This document shows, piece after piece, positions 1-7,757 of a DNA stretch of 20,354 nt. The position numbers and the translations under genes were made by a program. Each line of letters starts with the position of its first letter. Position 1 is the stretch's first letter. The notes below the pieces were generated by a model. The model did no database searches. It had not been told where the DNA came from and was given only the letters and a program-made list of their open reading frames with translations. Location of the stretch: contig JAMCZD010000444.1 in NCBI GenBank assembly GCA_023473405.1, positions 1-20,354 on the forward strand, read 5' to 3'. Origin of the DNA: Candidatus Omnitrophota bacterium. Lineage in GTDB: Bacteria > Verrucomicrobiota > Verrucomicrobiia > Limisphaerales > UBA1319.

Positions 1-185
1 GACTCGAGATGCCCCTTCGCAATCAGGCAAATCGCGCACGGGCCGTTGCCATTGTGGCGATGTATGGCCCGATGAGCGGCGCCGTCCGACGCCAGCAACC
101 CAAGCACAAGCAACAACAACACCAGCAATCCAGCCAAGACCTTGGCCGCTGCCGAGCGCAGTCGCTTGAACTTCCGTGTTGTCAC
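1..185 (-). CDS. Partial ORF running off the left window edge: N-terminus with a basic stretch followed by a hydrophobic helix, consistent with a signal-anchor or secreted protein; function unknown
   Basis: Manual reverse-complement translation gives (M/V)TTRKFKRLRSAAAKVLAGLLVLLLLVLGLLASDGAAHRAIHRHNGNGPCAICLIAKGHLE with no stop before position 1. There is an in-frame stop at 213-215 just upstream. The only candidate start is GTG at 183-185. This reads as more protein-like than the listed plus-strand ORF 9..230, which is Q/R-rich low complexity. Confidence 0.25.
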   Translation of the reverse strand, partial: MTTRKFKRLRSAAAKVLAGLLVLLLLVLGLLASDGAAHRAIHRHNGNGPCAICLIAKGHLE

Positions 186-245
186 AACAGCGTCAAAGAA
201 ATCATACCCGCGTCAAGCCCGCAACCCTGAACGCACACAGGGTCA

Positions 246-314
246 CATCTCCACATTCCACATCAGGGCGGTTATGGGGCATGGCAGGGGGCATGAATGT
301 GTGATGTGGAGATG
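246..314. promoter_or_regulatory. Perfect 11-bp inverted repeat CATCTCCACAT ... ATGTGGAGATG (246-256 / 304-314) with a ~47-nt spacer, in the divergent intergenic region upstream of the RhaT-like transporter. The spacer holds direct repeats TCCACAT x2 and GGGGCATG x2.
   Basis: Read directly from the sequence. Located ~100 bp upstream of the transporter ATG at 412. Candidate operator or RNA hairpin. Confidence 0.3.
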
Positions 315-411
315 CGACCCTAATTGGGAAAAATCAGGATGGACGTTCCGAGGAATCCTTGATAGGATGCGAGGCCATAAGATTCCCTGAATAAACCGAT
401 AGAAAGGCTGT

Positions 412-1446
412 ATGAATGCATCAACCGTATTGGGCGTTCTGGTAGTCGCGCTGGCCGGGTTGTCCATGGGCAGCGGGGCTTGGACATTGAAAGCGATCAG
501 GAAACTCCAGGTCGAGCACTGGCTATTTATTGGCATGCTTATTGGGCTGGTGGTTGTGCCCTGGGCGGTGGTGCTGGTTTACTATCCCGACCCGGCGGCG
601 GCTTATGCGACAGTGCCCCGCTGGGCGTTGATAAGGTCGAACATCTTTGCCTGCGGCTGGGGTGTGGCCAATGTGCTCTGTTTCCTATGCTTCGTTCGGA
701 TTGGGGTGGCGCTGACCGGCGGGATTCTGGGCGGTTTGGGGCTATCGTTGGGGGTGATGGTGCCCATGATATTCAAGGCCTCAGGATTGTTCGCCAGGTC
801 GCCTGACTTGAATTCGCCGGCGGGGTACTGGGTCTTGTTTGGAGTCGCTGTCATGCTTGGCGCGGTTGTCCTGGCTTCGTTCGCCGGGTTTGGGCGGGAC
901 AAGGTCCTGAAGCAACTGCAAAAAACCTCGGGTGGATTCCTGGGCGGACTGATCATGGTGGTGATTGCCGGCATCCTTTCCACCGGACCAAACTTTGCCT
1001 TTGCCTACAGCCAGGGGCCGATCGTGGCGGCGATGAAGGCGCAGCGGGCGGGGGACGTTCCGGCGACGTTTGCTGTTTGGGCTGTGGGCATGCTCGGCGG
1101 CGCCCTGGTAAACGTCGGATATGCCATGTACCTCATGACCAGGAACAAGTCCTGGAAGGGATTGGCGGTCAACTGGAAGGAGACCATCATACCGGCAATC
1201 GGTGGAGTGCAATTCTGCCTGGCCATCACCCTGCTCGGGCATGGCAGCCTGATGCTGGGGGCTCTGGGCGCTTCGGTTGGGTGGGGCATCTATCAGGCCA
1301 TGCAGATTCTGGGAAACCAGGGCGTCGGGTTCATAAGTGGCGAATGGCGGGGCGTCGTGGGCACGCCTCGAAATCAAATGTACACCGCCATCGTGATCTT
1401 GATCGCCGCCTCGTCGATCCTCGCCATCGGCAACAGCTTTGTTTGA
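412..1446 (+). CDS. rhaT: L-rhamnose/H+ symporter family (RhaT-like) sugar transporter, 344 aa, ~10 TM helices
   Basis: Same length as E. coli RhaT (344 aa). The N-terminal region GSGAWTLKAIRKLQVEHWLFIGMLIGLVVVPWA parallels RhaT [26 protein letters not shown]. The Gly-rich stretch FACGWGVANV...GVALTGGILGGLGLSLG parallels FGAMWGIGNI...GMSMGIGIAIGITL. The protein is hydrophobic throughout. ATG at 412 is preceded by a GAAAGG spacer. Confidence 0.65.
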   Translation: MNASTVLGVLVVALAGLSMGSGAWTLKAIRKLQVEHWLFIGMLIGLVVVPWAVVLVYYPDPAAAYATVPRWALIRSNIFACGWGVANVLCFLCFVRIGVALTGGILGGLGLSLGVMVPMIFKASGLFARSPDLNSPAGYWVLFGVAVMLGAVVLASFAGFGRDKVLKQLQKTSGGFLGGLIMVVIAGILSTGPNFAFAYSQGPIVAAMKAQRAGDVPATFAVWAVGMLGGALVNVGYAMYLMTRNKSWKGLAVNWKETIIPAIGGVQFCLAITLLGHGSLMLGALGASVGWGIYQAMQILGNQGVGFISGEWRGVVGTPRNQMYTAIVILIAASSILAIGNSFV

Positions 1447-1694
1447 TCCGTGCAGCCCATTATTTTGGGAGTACGGTGGCAAGCCTTGTGACGCGACGCC
1501 GCATTGGTTGGGGACAGAGCGCCGTCGCCGCTTTGCTGTATCGGTGTACTCCACACCGGCGGGGGCGGCGCGGACGCTCGTCCCATTGGTCCGGCCAGGT
1601 TTTGCCTGTTGGTTCTCTTGGCATTACATTCCAGATGAGTGCGTAAGCGGCGATTGAAGAATCGTCAATACGCGACCCAAGCGAGAGCGGTGAA

Positions 1695-3041
1695 ATGCCT
1701 CGAACGGAACAGTCACGAAGAGTTGGGTGGAAAGCCTTTACACTGACGGCACTCGGTTTTGTCGGCGGCGGCGGCGGCGCCGTGTATTTTGGCCTGGAGT
1801 TTATGTTACAAGGCGGCACGGGGGATAGTGGGTGGGTATTGGTTTCGATTCTGTTGGTTGCGTGCATCGTGGCAGCAGGTGGCCTGGCCGCGGTGTTTCT
1901 GGGAAAGGCGCGTAAGGCGCTTAAGCGCGAGCGCGACTTCAATACGGCGGTGTTGGAGACGATAGGTGCGCTGGTGGTGGTGCTGGACCGGGACGGCCGG
2001 ATTGTGCGATTCAATCGTGCCTGTGAGCTAACCACCGGGTACAGTTCCGCCGAGGCGCAAGGGCAATATTTGTGGGATAATTTGCTGCCGGCTGAGCAAG
2101 TCAAGCCGGTGAAGGCGGTCTTTGCGCAACTCAGGGCCGGGCAATTCCCCAATCAACACGAGAATGAATGGGTGACCAAGAGCAGCGCCAGACGCCTGAT
2201 CGCATGGACCAACACCGCTCTTCCAGGGGCGAATGGCGACATTGAATACGTTATTGGCACGGGCATTGACGTCACAGAGTGCCGGCGGGCTGAAAAGGAG
2301 ATTCGCAAACTGAATGAGGAACTCGAAGTGCGCGTTCGGGTGCGCACCGCCCAACTCGAAGATGCCAACCGTGAATTGGAGGCCTTTTCATATTCGGTTT
2401 CACATGACTTGCGGGCGCCGTTGCATCGGATCAGCGGCCTGGCGGATTTGCTGAGGCCGGAAGCGGGCGAGGCGATCGAATTGGAAAGGCAGCGCTATCT
2501 GGCGGCTATTGTGGAGTCAGCCACGGAGATGCGGACGCTGATTGACAACCTCCTGGCTTTTTCGCAATTGAGCCGTCAGCCCATACATAGGCAGGACATT
2601 GCCACCACGAGCCTGGTGCGGGAGACCTTGAACAGCCTGCTCCGGGAAGAACCGGACCGGCGGCTCGACATCGCGGTAGGCGAACTGCCGGTCTGCCAGG
2701 CGGATGCGGCCCTGTTGAAACAGGTCTGGATAAACCTCATTGCCAATGCCCTCAAATATACCCGGCACCAACCGGCGCCCGTGATCGAGATCGGCAGCCG
2801 GGAGGAGAACAACGAACTGGTCTTTTTCGTCAAGGATAATGGGGCTGGATTCGACATGCGGCACGCCGACCGTTTGTTTGGCGTATTCCAACGCCTGCAT
2901 CGAGCCGAGGATTTCGAAGGGACTGGGATTGGGCTGGCCAACGTCCGGCGCATCATTCAACGGCATGGGGGACGGACCTGGGCCGAAGGCTGTGTCAATC
3001 AGGGGGCGACATTTTATTTTTCCTTGCCCAAATCGGCGTAA
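1695..3041 (+). CDS. Membrane-anchored PAS sensor histidine kinase (2 N-terminal TM helices, PAS, coiled coil, HisKA with H-box SHDLRAPL, HATPase_c with N/G1/G2 boxes)
   Basis: H-box FSYSVSHDLRAPLHRISG. N-box NLIANALKYT. G1 DNGAGF. G2 GTGIGLANVRRI. Two hydrophobic helices at the N-terminus. There is no response-regulator gene anywhere in the window. Confidence 0.9.
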   Translation: MPRTEQSRRVGWKAFTLTALGFVGGGGGAVYFGLEFMLQGGTGDSGWVLVSILLVACIVAAGGLAAVFLGKARKALKRERDFNTAVLETIGALVVVLDRDGRIVRFNRACELTTGYSSAEAQGQYLWDNLLPAEQVKPVKAVFAQLRAGQFPNQHENEWVTKSSARRLIAWTNTALPGANGDIEYVIGTGIDVTECRRAEKEIRKLNEELEVRVRVRTAQLEDANRELEAFSYSVSHDLRAPLHRISGLADLLRPEAGEAIELERQRYLAAIVESATEMRTLIDNLLAFSQLSRQPIHRQDIATTSLVRETLNSLLREEPDRRLDIAVGELPVCQADAALLKQVWINLIANALKYTRHQPAPVIEIGSREENNELVFFVKDNGAGFDMRHADRLFGVFQRLHRAEDFEGTGIGLANVRRIIQRHGGRTWAEGCVNQGATFYFSLPKSA

Positions 3042-3083
3042 GTTTTGACTTTTTGCCAGACCGTGGCTAACCTAGCATGTCTT

Positions 3084-3599
3084 ATGGAATCTTTGCATGC
3101 GCCTTGGCGCATTCAATATATTCTGGCTCCGAAGGTAGCGATGGCGGACGGTTCGCTCTTCAGCCGGATCGCCCAATCCAACGATGACGAGGCGAACTAC
3201 GTGATCGCGCGCGAACGGACGTGTTTTGCCCTGCTGAACGCGTATCCCTACAACGGAGGTCATCTGCTGGTCGTTCCCTATAAGCAAACACCGGACCTCA
3301 ACGGCCTGACCGAGCGTGAATTGACCGACCTCATGTTGTTGACCCGGCGCTGCCAGAATGCGCTGACCGAGGTAATGAGGCCCGACGGATTCAACGTGGG
3401 CATTAATCTGGGCAAAGTGGCCGGGGCGGGAGTTGCGGATCATGTGCACATCCACGTGGTTCCGCGATGGCAGGGTGACACCAATTTCATGCCGGTTCTG
3501 GCGAATGTGACTGTGCTGCCGCAAGCCTTGGCTGATCTGGCAGTCCGGATTCGCGCCGCGCTGGCCGCCGGGTTGCACCCGGCATCGGAGACAGATTGA
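3084..3599 (+). CDS. HIT-family (histidine triad) nucleotide hydrolase/transferase
   Basis: Histidine triad HVHIHVVPR. N-terminal APWRIQYI motif typical of HIT proteins. The listed ORF begins at TTG 3045, only 4 nt after the kinase stop. The first ATG is at 3084 (MESLHAPWRIQYI), which I take as the start. Confidence 0.8.
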   Translation: MESLHAPWRIQYILAPKVAMADGSLFSRIAQSNDDEANYVIARERTCFALLNAYPYNGGHLLVVPYKQTPDLNGLTERELTDLMLLTRRCQNALTEVMRPDGFNVGINLGKVAGAGVADHVHIHVVPRWQGDTNFMPVLANVTVLPQALADLAVRIRAALAAGLHPASETD

Positions 3600-3621
3600 T
3601 CGGAGATTTTGCGAACCTGGC

Positions 3622-4581
3622 ATGCCAACTGAAACCATTCATTTCGAAAACGCCCGTCTGGCTCAACAACTGTTCAACAACGATCCGCATAACCTGAAAG
3701 TCCTCGAGCGGCAATTGGAGGTGAAAGCCACCAGCCGCGAGGGATGGATAAAACTCGAAGGCAGTCTCGAAGCCATCGAGCGCGCCAAACAAATGCTTCA
3801 AAGTCTCGAGTCCACCGTCAAGGCCGGCGCGCCCGTTCGGAACCGCGAGTTCGCTTACGCCGTCGAGGTCGTGAAAAGCGACGGCGTCGATGCCCTGAAG
3901 AGCCTGCATTCGGAACGTATCCAGACGTCAACGAAGAAGCCGATGGTAATGCCGAAGACCATTGGCCAGCAGCAATACATCGAGGCAATCCGGCAGTTCG
4001 ACATCGTCTTCGGCATCGGCCCCGCCGGAACGGGCAAGACCTATTTGGCCATGGCCATGGCGGTTGCCGCCCTGCACGAAGAAAAGGCCGCCCGAATCAT
4101 CCTGACCCGTCCGGCCGTCGAGGCGGGCGAGGCGCTCGGTTTTTTGCCGGGTGATCTGTATGAGAAGATCAATCCCTACCTGCGCCCCCTCCATGACGCC
4201 CTTTACGATATGTTGTCCAGCGAGGAGATTCAGCGGCACATGGAACGGGGCAGCATCGAGATTGCGCCCCTGGCTTACATGCGCGGGCGAACGCTCAACC
4301 ACGCCTTCATCATCCTGGATGAGGCACAGAACTCGACCAGCGAGCAGATGCTCATGTTCCTGACCCGGCTTGGGCAGCAATCGAAAGCGGTTATTACCGG
4401 CGATCCATCGCAGGTGGACCTGCCGGCAAACAAACGGTCCGGCCTGATCGAGGCGTTGCGCGTCTTGCGCCAGGTCGAGGGCATCTCCTTCGTCGAATTC
4501 CAAAAACGCGACGTGATCCGCCACGCCCTGGTCCAACGCATCATTACGGCTTACGAGGAATTTCGGAATGAGTCGAAATGA
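3622..4581 (+). CDS. ybeZ: PhoH-like ATPase (YbeZ family)
   Basis: Walker A GIGPAGTGKTY. Walker B IILDEAQN. 319 aa. Conserved PhoH-YbeY gene pairing. Confidence 0.9.
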   Translation: MPTETIHFENARLAQQLFNNDPHNLKVLERQLEVKATSREGWIKLEGSLEAIERAKQMLQSLESTVKAGAPVRNREFAYAVEVVKSDGVDALKSLHSERIQTSTKKPMVMPKTIGQQQYIEAIRQFDIVFGIGPAGTGKTYLAMAMAVAALHEEKAARIILTRPAVEAGEALGFLPGDLYEKINPYLRPLHDALYDMLSSEEIQRHMERGSIEIAPLAYMRGRTLNHAFIILDEAQNSTSEQMLMFLTRLGQQSKAVITGDPSQVDLPANKRSGLIEALRVLRQVEGISFVEFQKRDVIRHALVQRIITAYEEFRNESK

Positions 4582-5072
4582 ACCAGTTGAACCTGCGCAG
4601 CCGCCAGCGCGTTCGGCTTGTTGACGGGCGCCTGCTGGGGCGCCTGGTGCGGGATCTCTTAACGCGCTTGCTGGCCGTTCCGGGTTTTGATTTGGGCATA
4701 AACCTGGTGGCAGCCCCGGAAATGACCCGGCTCAACGAGACCTTCCTTCACCACGCCGGTTCAACCGACGTCATCACTTTCGATTATTCCGAGCCGCCCG
4801 GCGCCTCGGATTTTTCACCGCCCATTCTCGTGTCCGGCGAACTGTTTGTTTGTGTGGATGAAGCGGTCGCCCAAGCAATTCGTTATCGCACGGATTGGCA
4901 AACCGAACTGGTTCGATATATAGTGCACGGCATCCTGCATTTGACGGGTTATGACGATAAAAAGCCGGATTCGCGCCGGCGCATGAAACGCGCCGAAGAC
5001 CGGTTGCTCAGGCGGTTGAGAAATCAGTTCTCCTTGTGGCAACTCGACCGCGCAATTAAAGTAGATGTATGA
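4578..5072 (+). CDS. ybeY: Endoribonuclease YbeY (rRNA maturation factor)
   Basis: Conserved VHGILHLTGYD motif (HxxxHxxGYD). ATGA overlap with the phoH-like stop. Size 164 aa. The third metal-ligand His is replaced by Asp (GYDD, versus GYDH in the E. coli YbeY sequence as recalled from memory). Confidence 0.8.
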   Translation: MNQLNLRSRQRVRLVDGRLLGRLVRDLLTRLLAVPGFDLGINLVAAPEMTRLNETFLHHAGSTDVITFDYSEPPGASDFSPPILVSGELFVCVDEAVAQAIRYRTDWQTELVRYIVHGILHLTGYDDKKPDSRRRMKRAEDRLLRRLRNQFSLWQLDRAIKVDV

Positions 5073-5794
5073 AAGGGACTGTGGCTCGTTGGCGGGCTAA
5101 TTTCTTCGCCGGGCTGGCGATCGTACTGCCGGCGGTGATCTCCATCGCCGTGGTGGTCTGGCTATTCGGGACGGTCTCGACAATTACCGATACCTTGCTT
5201 TTCTTCCTGCCCAAGAGCCTGACTCATCAAAAGAACGGGGATGGGTTGATGTATTGGTATTGGAGCGTGGTTGCCTTCTTGTTCGCCGGTGTCCTGGTTG
5301 GGCTGGTGGGGCAACTCGCCCGATATTACCTGGGCAAGAAGTTGATCCAATGGGTGGACCTGGCCCTGTTGAAGGTGCCGTTGCTAAACAAGATATACTC
5401 GACTCTCAAACAGGTAAACGAGGCCTTCACTTCCAATCAGAAATCCGCGTTCAAAGACGTTGTCCTGGTTCAATTCCCGCGGCCCGATTGTTACTCACTC
5501 GGGTTTATTACATGCGAGCGATTTCACGAGGTGGAGGTTAAGACCGGCAAGAAAGTCGTCTGCGTATTCGTCCCCACCACGCCGAACCCCACCAGCGGGT
5601 TCCTGGTCATGGTGCCGGAAACGGATATAATCAAGCTTGACGTTTCCGTGGCTGAAGGCGTTAAGCTCATCATCAGCCTTGGTTCCATTGCCCCCGGTTA
5701 CGTGCCGTCTTTGGTTTCCCCGCTCATTCCCAAGCCCTCCCCGGCAATTTCTGATCCCCAGGCCGCCATTTCCAAGCCGCAGTCCACCTTTTGA
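5069..5794 (+). CDS. DUF502-family membrane protein with Pro-rich C-terminal tail
   Basis: N-terminal TM helices. Conserved DUF502 core FVPTTPNPTSGFLVMVP. ATGA overlap with the ybeY stop. Confidence 0.7.
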   Translation: MKGTVARWRANFFAGLAIVLPAVISIAVVVWLFGTVSTITDTLLFFLPKSLTHQKNGDGLMYWYWSVVAFLFAGVLVGLVGQLARYYLGKKLIQWVDLALLKVPLLNKIYSTLKQVNEAFTSNQKSAFKDVVLVQFPRPDCYSLGFITCERFHEVEVKTGKKVVCVFVPTTPNPTSGFLVMVPETDIIKLDVSVAEGVKLIISLGSIAPGYVPSLVSPLIPKPSPAISDPQAAISKPQSTF

Positions 5795-6441
5795 CCAGGA
5801 TCGACCAACGCACGACCGGATTGATCGTCCGCACCCGTCCATTAACGGATACGAGCCTGATCGTGCATTGGCTGACCCCCGATTTTGGGCGCTTGGCCAC
5901 GGTCGCCAAAGGGGCGCGCCGGCCCAAGTCACCGTTTGCGGGCAAGCTCGACCTTTTTTTCCTGGCTGACTTTAGTTTTCGCTTGAGCCGCCGGTCGGAC
6001 CTGCACCTGCTTTGCGAGGCAACCGTTCGTGAAACCTATTCTTTCCTGCGCCGCGAGCTCGCTTATTTGCAGCAAGCCGCCTATTGCGCGGCTCTCATCG
6101 AACAAACCACCGAGCCGCAGACCCCTCTGCCCGCGCTCTTCACCCTTCTCAACGACTTCCTGGACTTCCTTCCCACCCTGGCGCCGCAATCCCTCCCGGT
6201 CTTCGCCTTTGAAATGAAATTCCTCGCCGAGTCCGGCCTGCAGCCCAATCTGCGCGAAGCCAGCCTTGGCGACGACGCGCGCCAAGTCCTGGATACCATT
6301 TCAAGGGCTGACTGGCCTCGCCTCCGCGACGTAAACCTGAATTCCGACGAATTCAGCGAAATCAACGGGTTCCTCCGCGATTTTCTCGCCTCCAACCTGG
6401 ATCGAATCCCCTCCGGACGCGAAGCCGCCGTGGGAGGCTAG
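5791..6441 (+). CDS. recO: DNA repair protein RecO
   Basis: N-terminal OB-fold region GLIVRTRPLTDTSLIVHWLTPDFGRLATVAKGARRPKS parallels E. coli RecO [37 protein letters not shown]. ATGA overlap with the preceding gene. Confidence 0.8.
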   Translation: MTRIDQRTTGLIVRTRPLTDTSLIVHWLTPDFGRLATVAKGARRPKSPFAGKLDLFFLADFSFRLSRRSDLHLLCEATVRETYSFLRRELAYLQQAAYCAALIEQTTEPQTPLPALFTLLNDFLDFLPTLAPQSLPVFAFEMKFLAESGLQPNLREASLGDDARQVLDTISRADWPRLRDVNLNSDEFSEINGFLRDFLASNLDRIPSGREAAVGG

Positions 6442-6597
6442 TGTGGTGTCCGGGGCGTCGAAGTCCGATTCTTGAGGCAAAAACCCGCGTCAGTTCTTAG
6501 AGCTTTACCGGGCTTCGATTTCAATATGAAATGTGGCTTCATGAAACCGATAACCCCAACTGACCGCACCCGAACCGCCGGGCCTTGCCCGATTCGC

Positions 6598-7716
6598 ATG
6601 GCTCGATTCCACTTGATCGTGCCGATGTGCTTATTGATGTTAGCCCGCGTCTTGCCGGCGGCGGCACCGGACGGTGAACCGGAGCCTATCAAGGCCTTCT
6701 GCGTCGATTTTAACTGGGGCCCGGGTGGACCCAATGGTTTCGCCGGCCCGGGGGTTTGGGCGGACGCGGACCCGGTTCGGCACGTCGAGTGGTATGCGAA
6801 GCTGGGGGTGAACGTGATTCAGACCTTTGCGGTTTCGTGCAACGGTTATGCCTGGTACAAAGGCGGAAAAACGCCCGCACAGCCGGGGCTCAAGCACGAT
6901 TTCCTGCCCGAGATGGTTCGCTTGGGACACGCCAGCAAGATGCGGGTCATGGGTTACTTCTGCGTGGCAGCCAATACCCGTTGGGGGCTCGAACATCCGT
7001 CGTTGAGCTATGGCATTCCCAGTGATTATCACCTCCCCCTGACTGACGCTTACCTCGATTTCCTGGCCGGATCGATCGAGGAGGCGCTTGCCAAGTCCGG
7101 CATGGACGGTTTTATGGTGGACTGGCTCTGGAATCCATCGGACAAGGCACGGAAAGAGGCCAACCATGGCCAGTGGCTCGAGGCCGAAAAGAAGTTGTTC
7201 ACGGAACTGACCGGGAAGCCTTTCCCACCAGATGGAGCACCCTCGAAGGCGGACCAGCTCGATTACGAACGCAAGGCAATCGATCGTTGCTGGAGACGCA
7301 TCCACGACACCGCCAAACGGGTCAGCCCCGACTGCGTCATCTGGCTTTCCTGCAACAACGTCCGCAGTCCGCAACTTTCGGGAAGCGCGATGCTCAAGGA
7401 GGTGGACTGGTTGATGGATGAAAGTGGCAACCCGGAGGCGATGCGTGCATTGTCGCCGCTGCTGGGAGCGCATACGCGCCAGTTGCTGTGTCTGGTCGGC
7501 TGGGGCGACCAGCACGACGCGCGCAAGGTGCTGTCGGACCCGCGGAACGATTCCTTTGGCATCTACGGCTTTAGCCGGCCAAACCCCGACTCCCTCCCCC
7601 TTCCCATCAAGGAATATCTTGGCAAATCCATGGATGCCTTTGGAGGCAACGACCACAACATTGCCGCCTTGGCGCGCTACTTTAATGGCAAGCCTTTCGG
7701 TTATACCGAACCTTGA
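6598..7716 (+). CDS. Secreted or lipoprotein-like hypothetical protein, possible glycoside-hydrolase-like TIM barrel (GHL10/DUF187-like); function uncertain
   Basis: Signal peptide MARFHLIVPMCLLMLARVLPAAAP from the internal ATG at 6598. The listed ORF begins at 6472, but its first 42 aa precede the signal peptide. Alternating beta/alpha pattern with an aromatic-rich putative sugar-binding face (FCVDFNWGP...WYAKLGVNVIQTF...GFMVDWLWNP). Confidence 0.55.
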   Translation: MARFHLIVPMCLLMLARVLPAAAPDGEPEPIKAFCVDFNWGPGGPNGFAGPGVWADADPVRHVEWYAKLGVNVIQTFAVSCNGYAWYKGGKTPAQPGLKHDFLPEMVRLGHASKMRVMGYFCVAANTRWGLEHPSLSYGIPSDYHLPLTDAYLDFLAGSIEEALAKSGMDGFMVDWLWNPSDKARKEANHGQWLEAEKKLFTELTGKPFPPDGAPSKADQLDYERKAIDRCWRRIHDTAKRVSPDCVIWLSCNNVRSPQLSGSAMLKEVDWLMDESGNPEAMRALSPLLGAHTRQLLCLVGWGDQHDARKVLSDPRNDSFGIYGFSRPNPDSLPLPIKEYLGKSMDAFGGNDHNIAALARYFNGKPFGYTEP

Positions 7717-7757
7717 TGCCGGCCGCTGTATCCCATGGTCCGGGGAGCAAGCCAGGT

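Noticed and set aside
9-230. 73-aa plus-strand ORF at the left edge
   Set aside because: Q/R/H-rich low complexity. The opposite strand gives a far more protein-like N-terminus, so I called the minus-strand partial ORF instead, at low confidence.
781-1554. 257-aa minus-strand ORF, plus the 1077..1646 and 1460..2152 ORFs
   Set aside because: They are antisense to or overlap the RhaT-like transporter and the histidine kinase. Their translations are R/P/G-rich without motifs.
1439-1657. 72-aa ORF in the transporter-kinase intergenic region
   Set aside because: Overlaps the transporter stop in another frame, has no start context or motifs, and looks like compositional noise. I kept the region as an untranslated spacer.
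7717-7757. Possible terminator between the convergent secreted-protein and carbonic-anhydrase genes
   Set aside because: This 41-bp gap has only weak self-complementarity (CCGGCCG..., CCCATGGTCCGGGGA) and no U-tract. Not enough to call a terminator.
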